Source of the DNA: a virus
Direction: 5' to 3' (one strand)
Virus record (IMG/VR): IMGVR_UViG_3300002143_000153
Span: 29,958-93,957 of that record
Length of the DNA stretch: 64,000 bases
Shown: in pieces, positions 10,794 through 21,764 of the stretch
Position numbering within the stretch: position 1 is the stretch's first letter
Layout of the letters: every line of letters starts with the position of its first letter
Notes under the pieces: generated by a model
Databases searched by the model: none
What the model was told of the DNA's origin: nothing
Seen by the model: the letters and a program-made list of their open reading frames with translations, nothing else
Position numbers and translations under genes: made by a program

Positions 10794-13700
10794 ATGAGTA
10801 AATGTTATAATAAAAATACCGCGGAGTATAAAGCTTTACAAACAGCATTTCCAAATGATGCTGCTGTAAATAACGTAATTTCACAATGGCAAAACCTAAC
10901 AAAACTGGATGAGTTTCCAACTGTTATACAAGCTAAAAAAATAATTAAGGATGGTAAAGTTGCATTTTCTTTAAAGCAAAGAAGTTTTGCTGAGTCTTTA
11001 CTAGGTAATTTAAGCCGTTTGAAAATGGCAAGTAAATCCAATAAGCATGGTGGGTATTACTATGTTAACAATACTCTGGAAAATCAAAGAGTATATGATA
11101 AAGATGCTTTAGAAAACAATAGAAAAAGAATAGTAAGATACCTTAGCATCAATAATATTCCTGAAGGTACTGTTACTTTAGCAAAAACAAAAAGATCTTA
11201 TAGGGTAACTATAAATGAAGATATGTTTACTGCTAAAGATATATTACCTAAAACTAGAAATAATACAGGCACACATACCACCGATGTTTTAAGTCACTTA
11301 AAAAGAATATTTCCAGATTTAAGTATATACATACCATCAGTAGAAAAAGCTGAAGCTTATTATAATAGTTTAGATCCATCTGTAAAAAGCGGAGTTCCTT
11401 TTTCTGAAGTTAAATCTTTTTATTATGATGGTAATGTAATTCTTATAAAAGGACGTGTTGATAATGAAACAGCAATTGAAGAAGTACTGCATGCATTTAC
11501 AGATACTTTAGCTTATGTAAAGCCTGATTTATTTAAAAGTCTTTTGGAAGAAGCTAAAAAAACATTTCCTGTATTAAGTCAAGAGATAGAAGATGCTTAT
11601 ACTAAAAGAAGAAAGTTTACTCAAAAACAAAGAGATCTAGAGTTAGTAACACAAGCTTTAACAAGACACTTTGCTAAAGAGTATGAAACAGAACCTACTA
11701 AATCTTTTTTAGCAAGAGTTGCTGACATGCTTAAATGGTTTGCTAGTGTCATTAAAGACTTACATAAATTTATTACAGTCAATGGTATAATCAAATTAAA
11801 AGTTGAAGATATTAAATCAACAACTAAAATGTCTGATATTGCTAAATTATTAAATACTAGTGAAATACAATTTGAGTTAACTAAACCTAAACAGTCACAA
11901 GTAAGATATGCATTATCAGATGAGAAAGCTGAATACTTAAAAAGAATTCTTAAGCCTGCTAATCCAGTGCAAACTCAGATGGCTAATAAGTTATTAAGTG
12001 TTGTGCAAAATACAGATAGCGTTGAAGATTCTTATTCTGTAAGCAAAGCTAATTTAAATGAAGGTGATGATATTGTAATTTTAAATGAAGCTGATCATAC
12101 TTATTATAATCTTTTTGATCTAAAAAAAGAATATACTTCTGCTACAACAGCAATTAATGGTAAGATGAGTAATGTAGAACAAGACAATGTTAAACTCAAT
12201 CTTGAAATTGGAAATGATTTTGATAGCATTGCTGAAGGTATTGCAGCATGGAAAACTTTTGATGAAATAAAAGGTAGCATTAAAAAGTTAAGTGAAGAGC
12301 AAGCAGTGAAAGCTTACTCTGAACTATATGATTATATTAATAATTCAATAAGAAAACCGGGTGATATAATAATTCCTCAAGTTGTTGTGCATGATGATAA
12401 AACAGGTCTTGCTGGAACTATTGACTTTTTATTAATAACACCTCAAGGTAAATTAAAAATCATTGACATTAAAACAAGTAAATACAAGTACGCTACAACA
12501 GAAAATACTAAGTATGATGAACCTTGGGATATAAAGCCTGACTCTAGACTTTATCCTTATAATGTAAAACGTCTTTCAGCAAAACAAAAACATAATCTTC
12601 AAGTAAACTTGTATAGAAGAATGCTTGAAAATATGGGTTATGAAATTGAAGATTCTGATCAAGCTACAAGTACTTATCATATTTGGGTTGATATTACAGG
12701 TTCCAAAAAAGATCAAGTATGGGCTGGTAATTTTGAATTAGAACAACCTTATTTTCATCCCATTACAGAAAATGAATTTTATGTTAATGCACTTATACCT
12801 AAAAATGTAAATACCATTTCAAAGAATAAGATTGATAATGCACGTAAAGAGTCTGATGATTATCCATTAATGAATGATGAAGATTTTGCTGATATAAGTT
12901 CTGATATGGGTATGACAGATGATGCTGGTGGTATTGAATTTGAACTTCTATTTCAAGGATTAGAAAATTACAGAACAAAGTTAATTCAAAGAATTGAAGT
13001 TTTAAAAACGGTAAAAGGAGCCATATTCACAGACCTAAGTAAAGAACAAACAATTAAAAGATTAAACCTAGCTATAACAAATGTTACACTAGCTTTAACT
13101 TCAGGTAATGGTCAAAAAGCTTCTGATATATATACAAAGTTTCTTACAGATTCAATAAGGGAAGTAGAAACTTTAGAAAAATATTTGATAGATGAAAATA
13201 ATATAGCTAACTCTGATTACATTTCAAAAGCTAGAAACGCTAAATCATTTGCAGAATCTTTTGAAGGTTTGACAAGTATTTCTTCTACTTATGGTAATCT
13301 TAATTCAACACAAACTAAATTAAAAGATAATTTAATTAATAGTTTAAATAGACTTGCTGGGTCTACAATAAATCAAAGAATAAGTATTGCTGATAAAGCT
13401 ATATTAAAGCATGTTCAAAAACTAACAAAAGACACAAGTACAAAAGAGATGTCAGATGAAGAATTTGAATTGTTATTTAAAGAAGCTGAAAAAATAACAG
13501 GAGCAACATTAAATTTTACAGATATAACTACATCTAGTGATACTCTTTTAGCTGTAATGAAAAAAATATGGCATCAAAAAAGAGAAGAAGCTTTAGATAA
13601 AATTGGTGAAAGAGAGCAAGCAATTGTAGCTGCAGGGTCTTATCTTAGAAAACTTTCTCCTGGATCAACAGATAAAGAAGTTTTTGAATTTATAATTGAA

Positions 13701-16520
13701 ACAGATGATAAAGGAAATCACACAGGTCGTTATGTTGTTGAAATAGGTGAGCAATATTGGAATATATATGATGAACTTGAAAAACAAATAAATGATACAG
13801 ATGGCACAAGATTACAGTATAGAGAAATACTTGATTTAGAAAATGCAAATCCTAAAGATATAGAATTCAATAAAGATTTATATCATAAGAAAAAAGCTTG
13901 GAATAAGTTTTTAAATCCTGAAACTAGAAATGGTTCTGATTATTCAGATGGTGATTATCATTACTATACTGAAGAATTTAAAACAATAAGATCTGAATAT
14001 AAAGAATTTATACCCGTTGGTGAAAATGGTTATTGGCAATTTAAAAGCAACATTTCAGCAGATGAACAATCTTATTATAATTTAACGTACACAAATGCGG
14101 TTGAATACTATAAATCTCAAAATATTGAGGATATACCTACAGGTATGGTTATTAAAACTTTTGGTAATTTTCCTTTAAAGAAATATATAAAGATAAGAGA
14201 CTTCAGCAGTGCTGGTAAAGACATGCGTAGTACTAAGTATAAAACTATTATGGATGCTGCTTCTGGGGATGCTTTAGGGCAAGCCAGAAAATCTTTTTAT
14301 ATGGTTGTAAAGAAGTATTATGAGGATGGTATGCTAAAACAAATTCCTGAGAACGTTAGAGATTATATGTTAGGTAAAACACCTAGAATACAAGCTAATC
14401 TTGCAAATCAACTTGCTAAAAGTCCTGCTCCAGTAACTAGTTTTTTAGCTAGAACTAAGGAAAATATAAAAGATTTCTTTACAGAAACAACACGTTTAAG
14501 TAGAGTTAACGTAGATGAAAAAGGTGAAATTGTAGATTCATTACCAATTATGTTTGTTGGTACACTAAAAGATGATGAATCAATAAAAAAACTTCAAGAT
14601 GAAATTGAAGAGCTTAAACAAAAATATGCTAACTCTGAAATAACTTCTACCTTTTATGATATAAAAATAAAAGAACTACAATCTAAAGAAATAAGTTTAA
14701 GAAGTAAACCAAGAGCTGAAGAGTTAAGTTGGGATGTTGTTTCAACGTTACTTACATTTAGTGTAATGGCTCAGACATATGAGACAATGTCATCAATAGA
14801 AGATACACTATTATCTTTTGTTAAAGTTATAGAAGATAGAAAGTATAAAGAACCCTCTTCTTCTAAAGCAAAAAAAATGATATCTGCAAAATTTTCTAGT
14901 ACATTCAATAGAAAAGGTGGTGATGTAGAAGCTTTAGCAGAAGGTAGAGATTCTAATAATGCTAAACACGCAAGAGCATTTATGAATATGGTATTCTATG
15001 ATAATGCTGAAGTTACTAAAGGTATGGCTGAAAAAGCTGTAGATAAAGTTATACAATACAGTTCATTAGCTTATGTAGGCTTTAACGTTTTTGGTAACTT
15101 TAATAACTATGTTTTAGGTAGAATAAATAATGGTATAGAAAGCATGGGTCAAAGATTTGTTTCTAGAGAAGCTTATGTAAGAGCGTCTAAAGAATTTAAT
15201 AAAAGAGCTATTGCCGATCTAATTCATAGAACATCATACCTAGCCATCAAAAAAACAACTGGTGCAAAATATGATCCTTATAAAGCAATAAGTAAATATG
15301 AAGCTTTTGTTGACTTATATAGAATGATGGATCAAAAGTCTGATCTTAGAGAAGTTGGTAGAAATTATGATGAAAAAAGTTTTTATCAAAAGTATGTTGC
15401 AGGCATAGGTTATATATTCCAAGATGCAGCTGAGTATAATGTTCAGACTAAAATGGGTATGGCTATAGTAATGGATACATATATACTTAATGAATCAACC
15501 GGGCAAATTTTAAGTTTGTACGATGCATTTGATTTTAATGGTGAACAAGAATTACAACTTAAAGAAGGGTTTACTAAAATGGTAAAACCTAAAAAAGATA
15601 TACCAACATTTAAAACAATGCTTCAAGGGAATGTTTATCAAAAAGATGCTTCTGGTAATTTAATTTATGATATACAAGGTGACTATAATGAAAAGTTTAG
15701 ATATGATCTTAGGATGAAAATTCGTGAGGTTAATAAACAAATCCATGGTAACTATGCTTATGAAGATAGAATGGTTATTCAAGTTCATACTTGGGGTAAA
15801 CTACTAGCTCAATTTCATAAATGGGTTGTTCCTGCAATTAGGGCTAGATTTCAAAAAAAGTATTTTGATGAAAATTTAGGCTGGTTGGAAGGACGTTATA
15901 ACTCTTATGCTAACTTTATGGTTTATTTGTTTAAGAATATTGCAAAAACAAAAGATACTGAAAAAAGCATAATAGAAAACTGGATGATAGATACAGGTTT
16001 TAAAAATAATAATTCTCAGAAAGATGAACAGTTTATAAATGCTGCTTTAAATGTACATAGAACAAATGCGGAACTTGCAATTTTAATAGCTACTATAATA
16101 ACTCTAAATTTATTAAAAGGTATATGGGCTGATGATGATGATGATGAAACAGTTAAAAGACTTAAAAATTTATCATTGTATCAATTAAGTAGAGTAAGAT
16201 CTGAGATGCAATTATTTTTACCTTTACTTGGTGTATCAGATGCCTTACAGTTTTTTGAAAGTCCTTTTGCAACAACTAAAGTTTTAGGCGAATTTGGTGA
16301 TGTAATGGATAAATCTTGGGATTTAATGGCTGGTGGTGCAAGATATTATATTACAGGTAATGATGAAGATTGGTATGGGAATAAAAATGTTTATTACCAA
16401 AGAGGTAGAAGAGCTGGTCAAAAGAAAATTACCAAAGAAATAATTGATTTAGGACCAGGATTGTTAGTTTGGAAGAAATGGGATGATGCTATTCAGAATA
16501 ACACTTTTTATATTGATTAA
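10794..16520 (+). CDS. Large virion (ejected/cargo) protein with degenerate zincin-like and PD-(D/E)xK nuclease-like domains
   Basis: 1908 aa next to the vRNAP; EEVLH (HExxH-like); LAGTIDFLLITPQGKLKIIDIKTS...QVNLY is a RecB/PD-(D/E)xK motif set. Confidence 0.7.
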   Translation: MSKCYNKNTAEYKALQTAFPNDAAVNNVISQWQNLTKLDEFPTVIQAKKIIKDGKVAFSLKQRSFAESLLGNLSRLKMASKSNKHGGYYYVNNTLENQRVYDKDALENNRKRIVRYLSINNIPEGTVTLAKTKRSYRVTINEDMFTAKDILPKTRNNTGTHTTDVLSHLKRIFPDLSIYIPSVEKAEAYYNSLDPSVKSGVPFSEVKSFYYDGNVILIKGRVDNETAIEEVLHAFTDTLAYVKPDLFKSLLEEAKKTFPVLSQEIEDAYTKRRKFTQKQRDLELVTQALTRHFAKEYETEPTKSFLARVADMLKWFASVIKDLHKFITVNGIIKLKVEDIKSTTKMSDIAKLLNTSEIQFELTKPKQSQVRYALSDEKAEYLKRILKPANPVQTQMANKLLSVVQNTDSVEDSYSVSKANLNEGDDIVILNEADHTYYNLFDLKKEYTSATTAINGKMSNVEQDNVKLNLEIGNDFDSIAEGIAAWKTFDEIKGSIKKLSEEQAVKAYSELYDYINNSIRKPGDIIIPQVVVHDDKTGLAGTIDFLLITPQGKLKIIDIKTSKYKYATTENTKYDEPWDIKPDSRLYPYNVKRLSAKQKHNLQVNLYRRMLENMGYEIEDSDQATSTYHIWVDITGSKKDQVWAGNFELEQPYFHPITENEFYVNALIPKNVNTISKNKIDNARKESDDYPLMNDEDFADISSDMGMTDDAGGIEFELLFQGLENYRTKLIQRIEVLKTVKGAIFTDLSKEQTIKRLNLAITNVTLALTSGNGQKASDIYTKFLTDSIREVETLEKYLIDENNIANSDYISKARNAKSFAESFEGLTSISSTYGNLNSTQTKLKDNLINSLNRLAGSTINQRISIADKAILKHVQKLTKDTSTKEMSDEEFELLFKEAEKITGATLNFTDITTSSDTLLAVMKKIWHQKREEALDKIGEREQAIVAAGSYLRKLSPGSTDKEVFEFIIETDDKGNHTGRYVVEIGEQYWNIYDELEKQINDTDGTRLQYREILDLENANPKDIEFNKDLYHKKKAWNKFLNPETRNGSDYSDGDYHYYTEEFKTIRSEYKEFIPVGENGYWQFKSNISADEQSYYNLTYTNAVEYYKSQNIEDIPTGMVIKTFGNFPLKKYIKIRDFSSAGKDMRSTKYKTIMDAASGDALGQARKSFYMVVKKYYEDGMLKQIPENVRDYMLGKTPRIQANLANQLAKSPAPVTSFLARTKENIKDFFTETTRLSRVNVDEKGEIVDSLPIMFVGTLKDDESIKKLQDEIEELKQKYANSEITSTFYDIKIKELQSKEISLRSKPRAEELSWDVVSTLLTFSVMAQTYETMSSIEDTLLSFVKVIEDRKYKEPSSSKAKKMISAKFSSTFNRKGGDVEALAEGRDSNNAKHARAFMNMVFYDNAEVTKGMAEKAVDKVIQYSSLAYVGFNVFGNFNNYVLGRINNGIESMGQRFVSREAYVRASKEFNKRAIADLIHRTSYLAIKKTTGAKYDPYKAISKYEAFVDLYRMMDQKSDLREVGRNYDEKSFYQKYVAGIGYIFQDAAEYNVQTKMGMAIVMDTYILNESTGQILSLYDAFDFNGEQELQLKEGFTKMVKPKKDIPTFKTMLQGNVYQKDASGNLIYDIQGDYNEKFRYDLRMKIREVNKQIHGNYAYEDRMVIQVHTWGKLLAQFHKWVVPAIRARFQKKYFDENLGWLEGRYNSYANFMVYLFKNIAKTKDTEKSIIENWMIDTGFKNNNSQKDEQFINAALNVHRTNAELAILIATIITLNLLKGIWADDDDDETVKRLKNLSLYQLSRVRSEMQLFLPLLGVSDALQFFESPFATTKVLGEFGDVMDKSWDLMAGGARYYITGNDEDWYGNKNVYYQRGRRAGQKKITKEIIDLGPGLLVWKKWDDAIQNNTFYID

Positions 16521-16527
16521 ATAATAG

Positions 16528-16560
16528 AAAAGGGAGACTTAAAAAATCTCCCTTTTTTTT
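16528..16560. terminator. Bidirectional intrinsic terminator between convergent genes
   Basis: AAAAGGGAGA-cttaaaaaa-TCTCCCTTTTTTTT. Confidence 0.8.
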
Positions 16561-17134
16561 ATTTGCCAATTTTCCAATACAACCCACCAGATAGGACAGG
16601 TTGTAATTCTTGATTAATACCTATACCGAGGCCGTACAGATGTTTCTTTTTGTTTTTGTACATTACTTGACCTCCAATGTAATTTAATTGCTTAGAAGAG
16701 CCCTGAAGACCTAATCCTATATACAATTCATTATTATTAACATAAACTGTATTTGTTATTCTGGTTGTAGGATAAATCAACTCATATCTAATAGAACGTG
16801 AACTAATTTTATTCTGAGATATTGAATCTCTAATTGTTAGATTTAAGCTATCTAATTTTTGTATATCTTCATATACATATGTACTAAAGTAATCATTCAA
16901 CACATATACTGTGTCTATAACAAGAGTGCTATCATATTGTTTTTGAATCACATTAATGTACTTTGGTTTGTAACGGGTTACTTCTTTTACAATAGTATCA
17001 TAAGTAACTTCAATTTTAGTAATTGTAATTGGTCCAGCAGGTATAGATTCTTTATTACAATTTCTCATTAAAATAATGGCAACTACTAATACTATAATTA
17101 GTATTGACTGAATATTACTAAAATACTTTTTCAT
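16559..17134 (-). CDS. Membrane-anchored or lipoprotein-like protein, possible spanin-like lysis protein
   Basis: N-terminal hydrophobic helix ending LMRNC; DT(I/V)-rich middle; amphipathic beta-strand C-terminus (GGLYWKIGK). Confidence 0.5.
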   Translation of the reverse strand: MKKYFSNIQSILIIVLVVAIILMRNCNKESIPAGPITITKIEVTYDTIVKEVTRYKPKYINVIQKQYDSTLVIDTVYVLNDYFSTYVYEDIQKLDSLNLTIRDSISQNKISSRSIRYELIYPTTRITNTVYVNNNELYIGLGLQGSSKQLNYIGGQVMYKNKKKHLYGLGIGINQELQPVLSGGLYWKIGK

Positions 17135-17986
17135 TTAGAACCAGTTTTTTGGATTAGCTTTCTTACCAGCTTTTTTTAAAGCATCTGCTGCATCTTGTAA
17201 TCTTAAAGCTTCTGCGGCATTGTCTGCTTGTTTTTTTGTTTCTGCAGCTGTATCGTCCAATACTTTTTGTGCTGCTTTAGCATTTTCTTCTAATCTAAGT
17301 TTTTCTGCAGTTTCTTCTGCTAGTTTCTGAGCTGCTTCTTGTGCTGGTTTAGTATCTACACTTACTGAAAGGTCTACATCAACTCCAACTAAGAGGGCAA
17401 GTTTACCATCAACTCCAACGGTTGCAACACCATCATCCATTGTTGCACCACCACCAACACTACCGCCAGCTTGTACTCCAACTGATACACCTGCGCCTGC
17501 TTCTGCACCATTTCCACTTTCATCATATGTTCCAGTTGATGCACCTACACCTACCGATGCTCCAGCTACTGCTCCCGCGTGTCCTTCTGCTCCATCCATT
17601 CCAACTTGTCCACCAACGGATACTCCAGCATTTGCTTGTGCTCCGGCATGAACTTCGGTTGTGTTTGTTACACCACCATATTCTACTGAGTTAGATACTC
17701 CAACTTCCACTGATGTTCCAACTTCTGCTCCGGCTTCTACTTTAGCATTTCTACCATCAAAGCCTGCTTCTGCTCCTGCTTCGGCATGAACTTCTGCTTC
17801 AGCATGCGCTTCTTGAGAGATAGTTACATCTCCAACTTTGTTAGTGTTTTCTACACCTGCGTGTACTTCTACATTAGCTTCAGCTCCTGCTGCTACTGAT
17901 GTATCTGTAATTTCAGTTCCAGCACTTGCGTTTGCAGATGCTCCTAGGTTTTCATTACCTACTGTTTTATTTACTTCTTCTGACAT
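17135..17986 (-). CDS. Gly/Ala/Val/Glu-rich beta-repeat protein with helical C-terminus, function unknown
   Basis: 283-aa ORF with AGAEA/VGVGA repeats; visibly higher GC than its flanks. Confidence 0.6.
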   Translation of the reverse strand: MSEEVNKTVGNENLGASANASAGTEITDTSVAAGAEANVEVHAGVENTNKVGDVTISQEAHAEAEVHAEAGAEAGFDGRNAKVEAGAEVGTSVEVGVSNSVEYGGVTNTTEVHAGAQANAGVSVGGQVGMDGAEGHAGAVAGASVGVGASTGTYDESGNGAEAGAGVSVGVQAGGSVGGGATMDDGVATVGVDGKLALLVGVDVDLSVSVDTKPAQEAAQKLAEETAEKLRLEENAKAAQKVLDDTAAETKKQADNAAEALRLQDAADALKKAGKKANPKNWF

Positions 17987-17988
17987 AA

Positions 17989-18237
17989 TTATTTATTTGT
18001 TTTAAGTTCTAAAATTCTTTCAATATACAAGTTTTTCTGTTCTTCATATAATTTTTCTATTAATAGTTCTTGTTTTGCTTCAATATTTTCATGTCTAATG
18101 ATTCTTTCTCTGAACATTTTATTTTGAAAATATATAACACCAAGCATTAAAACTATTGTAAAAGATTGCTCTTTTAATTTAGACAAAAATACTTCTAAAA
18201 AACTTGAAGGTATAGCATTTGATTCTTGTTCTTTCAC
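17989..18237 (-). CDS. Small single-TM plus coiled-coil protein (holin/spanin-like candidate)
   Basis: GTG start; hydrophobic FTIVLMLGVIYF then charged helix. Confidence 0.5.
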   Translation of the reverse strand: MKEQESNAIPSSFLEVFLSKLKEQSFTIVLMLGVIYFQNKMFRERIIRHENIEAKQELLIEKLYEEQKNLYIERILELKTNK

Positions 18238-18265
18238 ACTATTAATATACGAATAATTAATTAAA

Positions 18266-18295
18266 CAAAAAAGGTTGATCCTTAGACCAACCTTT
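18266..18295 (-). terminator. Intrinsic terminator after nrdA
   Basis: Minus strand AAAGGTTGGTC-taag-GATCAACCTTTTTTT. Confidence 0.7.
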
Positions 18296-18343
18296 GATGC
18301 ATAAATCTATCATTAATCACAAAAAATAGCTTTAATGTATGAA

Positions 18344-19987
18344 TTAACCCTCACAACTTGCACATTCAAGTATGTTTCTTGAGAATGCTTGAGCTGAACT
18401 TACACTAAATTGATAGTATAAAGTTTTTACTCCTGATTCATGGGCAAACAAATATAATTGATTAATATCTTTTGCTGGAACACTAGGATGAATCATTAAG
18501 TTTAATGACTGTGATTGATCAATAAACTTCTGTCTTTGTCCTGCTTGAATAATAATCTCTTTAGGACTAATTTCAATAAATGATTTAAATACTGCTTTAG
18601 TAGGAAAATCAAGGTGTTGTACAGACCCATCTTTCTTTAAAATACTATCCCAGGTTTTATCATTATTTAAACCATATTTATCTAATTCAGATTCTAAGAA
18701 AGGATTTTTGTATACAGTTTTAGACTTGGCTAAATCTTTTACAAAATAATTAGATTTAATAGGTTCAATACCCATGGATACTTGACCATGTATAAATGAC
18801 GAAGATTTAGTTGGAGCAATAGCAACCAACGTAGTATTAGCGTAACCATTTCTTATAGATTTTACATTACCAATTTCACAGAGTTCTCTTGAGGCTGCCT
18901 CAGATTTATCTTTAATTGTTTTAAATATTTGTGTGTTTAATAATTTAGCTTCCATTGACTCAAACTCAATGAGTTCGGATTGTAAATATGAATGCCATCC
19001 AAGTACACCTAAACCAATTGCTCTATGTTCTTTTGCAAAATTATATGCTCTAGCCATTCCGGGCATTGTTTTAGATTTAGTAATAAATTCATCTATAACA
19101 GCATTCAAAAATAACGTATAAGTTTCAATAGCATCTGTTTTAACAAGCTCATCCCAATGTAAAAGATTGATGGATCCTAAACAACAAACAAATGAATTAA
19201 ATGAATCAGTTGGTAATTGAATTTCAGAACATAAATTAGATGCAGTGATCTCAAGACCTAGTTCTTTATAAGGTGAATTGTTATTTGTGTTGTCCTTAAA
19301 CATAATATAAGGAAAACCAAATTCATTACGTCTTTGAATAACTTTAGCCCAGATTTTACGTTTATCAGCATCTCCTGCTTTCATTTCAGCAATCCAAGCA
19401 TCGGTAACAGTAACTCCGTACTGTAGGTTTTGAATTGGATTACCCTCAGTTCCCATATCTAAGAACTCTAAAATATCATTGTGTTCTACTGGTAACCATG
19501 CAGCGCATGCTCCACGTCTTGCTTCTGATTGTTTACATACATCCACAACTGTATCATAAATTCTAGCATAATGTACGGGACCATCTGCAGTTCCTCCAGT
19601 TGTTATTGCTGTACCTCTTGATCTAATATTTCCTAAGTATACAGAAGTTCCTCCTCCATACTTAGACATCATACCAATTTCACGGCCTGCGTTTAATATG
19701 CTATCTAGATTATCATCTACGTTACTTCCGTAGCAACTTATAGGTAAACCTTTTTGTTTACCAAAGTTAATCCATACAGGGGTAGATAAACTATAAAAAC
19801 CTCTAGCCATATAGTCTTCAAACTTTTTAGCAAAACCATTAACCTTAAGATACTTTTCAGCTATTACTGCAATATCATGTATACGTTGTTCAGGGCTCTC
19901 ATTAATGTAACCTCTTGATAAAAATGTGCGGCTATCTTCATTAAGCCAATAATACTTTTTTCTTTCCATAATTTTAAAATAAGTCAT
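18344..19987 (-). CDS. nrdA: Ribonucleotide reductase class I alpha subunit (short, no obvious ATP cone)
   Basis: PISC, GGGT, RRGA, SNLCSEI (catalytic Cys), IAPT, KTLYY and C-terminal CASC motifs. Confidence 0.95.
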   Translation of the reverse strand: MTYFKIMERKKYYWLNEDSRTFLSRGYINESPEQRIHDIAVIAEKYLKVNGFAKKFEDYMARGFYSLSTPVWINFGKQKGLPISCYGSNVDDNLDSILNAGREIGMMSKYGGGTSVYLGNIRSRGTAITTGGTADGPVHYARIYDTVVDVCKQSEARRGACAAWLPVEHNDILEFLDMGTEGNPIQNLQYGVTVTDAWIAEMKAGDADKRKIWAKVIQRRNEFGFPYIMFKDNTNNNSPYKELGLEITASNLCSEIQLPTDSFNSFVCCLGSINLLHWDELVKTDAIETYTLFLNAVIDEFITKSKTMPGMARAYNFAKEHRAIGLGVLGWHSYLQSELIEFESMEAKLLNTQIFKTIKDKSEAASRELCEIGNVKSIRNGYANTTLVAIAPTKSSSFIHGQVSMGIEPIKSNYFVKDLAKSKTVYKNPFLESELDKYGLNNDKTWDSILKKDGSVQHLDFPTKAVFKSFIEISPKEIIIQAGQRQKFIDQSQSLNLMIHPSVPAKDINQLYLFAHESGVKTLYYQFSVSSAQAFSRNILECASCEG

Positions 19988-20954
19988 CAGCTGTTATAGC
20001 TTTTGATTTTTTGTTGTAATCTATTTGTTTTTTGTAAAAGAAGTCTCCTTCTTTAGTTGCTGTAATTTCTACATCAAACCATTTAGTTGATGCTAATAAT
20101 ACAGGGTCTGGTGTGAATATAGGATTCATTCCAATTTTCATTAATGAATTATTAAATCTGTTTTGAATAAATTGCTTAATAGTTTCCAAAGATAGAAACT
20201 CTAATTCACCTTTTTCAAATATCCAATCTAGTATTCCACACTCTGCAACATAAGCTTTTTTGCATGCTGAATAAACCAACTCTTCAAATTCTTCATCAAA
20301 CCACTCAGGGTTTTCTTCTTTGATTATATTAATTATTTCAACACCAAAGTTACCATGGATATCTTCTTCTTTACTTGTTGCTTCAACTACATTAGAGATT
20401 CCTTTAAATAAGTTCTTCTCCTTGTTAAAAGACATCATAATTAAGAATTGGCTAAATAAACTAACATGCTCTATAAACAAAGAGAATAGTAGTACAGACT
20501 TAGTATACATTTTATTGTCTTTACTACGAGAGCCATCTAAGTACTTTTTTAAGTACTTAATCCTGTCTTTAATAGCCGGGATTTCTACTACAGTTCTAAA
20601 CTCTTCTTCTAGCCCAAGGATTCTTAAAAGTCTAGCATAAGCATCTTTGTGTCTTACCTCAGATTCTGCAAAGGTCATTCCTACATCACCTACTTCTGTG
20701 ATTGGCATTCTCTTATAAAGATCAGCCCAAAATGTTTTAACATTAACTTCTATTTGCGCAATTGCAAGCATTGTTTTTTTAATTACTTCACGCTCTTGAT
20801 CATTAACTTTAACCTTATAATCATCAATGTCTGTTGTAAAATTGTATTCAGTATCTATCCAATATGAATGTCTAATAGCGTCTTTGTATTCTAGTAGTGA
20901 TGGGTATTCATAAGGTAGAATATTTTCCCTAGGCATAAAAATGTTTTTTGTCAT
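19974..20954 (-). CDS. nrdB: Ribonucleotide reductase class I beta subunit
   Basis: ESEVRHKDAY and KEEDIH di-metal ExxH motifs; GDFF...Y C-terminus. Confidence 0.95.
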   Translation of the reverse strand: MTKNIFMPRENILPYEYPSLLEYKDAIRHSYWIDTEYNFTTDIDDYKVKVNDQEREVIKKTMLAIAQIEVNVKTFWADLYKRMPITEVGDVGMTFAESEVRHKDAYARLLRILGLEEEFRTVVEIPAIKDRIKYLKKYLDGSRSKDNKMYTKSVLLFSLFIEHVSLFSQFLIMMSFNKEKNLFKGISNVVEATSKEEDIHGNFGVEIINIIKEENPEWFDEEFEELVYSACKKAYVAECGILDWIFEKGELEFLSLETIKQFIQNRFNNSLMKIGMNPIFTPDPVLLASTKWFDVEITATKEGDFFYKKQIDYNKKSKAITADDLF

Positions 20955-20980
20955 AAGTGTTTAATTATTAATTGGTTGTA

Positions 20981-21026
20981 GAAAAAAATAGCTATAAAGC
21001 AAGTTGAGTAACAAGCTTTATAGCTA
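20981..21026 (-). terminator. Terminator-like hairpin in the nrdB leader
   Basis: Minus strand TAGCTATAAAGC...GCTTTATAGCTA followed by a T tract. Confidence 0.65.
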
Positions 21027-21080
21027 ATAGTGTATAGTCAATTTACAAAAAATTGAACAGTGTTCCTAGAGGAACTTTAA

Positions 21081-21317
21081 TTATTTCCAAAAAATATGGG
21101 AATAACTAAATGTTAAAAATAAAAAACCTAACTCAATACTTATTAGGGGTCTAAATTCATCGTCCTCACATTTTGCGTGTGTGTTGTGTAATTTGATACC
21201 TAACAAAGGTTCTTGAGGTAATAATACTAAATAAAACTTATGATTAAAAGTTTCTTGTTTTATATCTGACATAATTATTAATTTTTTTGATTTAAACTTT
21301 TTAAATGTCATAGACAT
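21081..21317 (-). CDS. Hypothetical protein (start possibly 21272, MSDIKQ)
   Basis: ORF track; TATCTTTG host-type promoter element at 21347-21354 on the minus strand. Confidence 0.55.
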   Translation of the reverse strand: MSMTFKKFKSKKLIIMSDIKQETFNHKFYLVLLPQEPLLGIKLHNTHAKCEDDEFRPLISIELGFLFLTFSYSHIFWK

Positions 21318-21400
21318 TTTGTATATTGTATCTATGGATGTATAAGCAAAGATAAATGTTTTGCTATATAATCCTTTTTATTTATAAAATATTTTAAAAA

Positions 21401-21709
21401 ATGGAGTGGACTCAAATTATTATTACCGTTATTACTGTAGCTGGATCTACGGGAATATGGAAATTTTTAGAAACCAAGTACATTGCAATGCAAGAAGAAA
21501 AAAGATTGGATTTAGAAAATAGTGACGGAATGCAATTTAGAGATGATTTAAAATCAAGAGTTAGAAATCTTGAAACTTTATTGGCTGGTTCAGCAGATCA
21601 AAAAGATCAATTAAGAAATCAAGTTTTATTATTAACTGCAGAAGTACATGCTTTGAGGGTTAAAGTTGAATATCTTGAGAAAGAAAATGAAAGACTTAAA
21701 AATATATGA
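21401..21709 (+). CDS. Holin-like protein: N-terminal TM plus coiled coil
   Basis: QIIITVITVAGSTGIW helix, then heptad-rich C-terminus (LKVKVEYLEKENERL-like). Confidence 0.6.
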   Translation: MEWTQIIITVITVAGSTGIWKFLETKYIAMQEEKRLDLENSDGMQFRDDLKSRVRNLETLLAGSADQKDQLRNQVLLLTAEVHALRVKVEYLEKENERLKNI

Positions 21710-21764
21710 TTTTGAAAGTATATAATTTTGTAGTATATTGATAGAGTATAGATATATAATTAAA

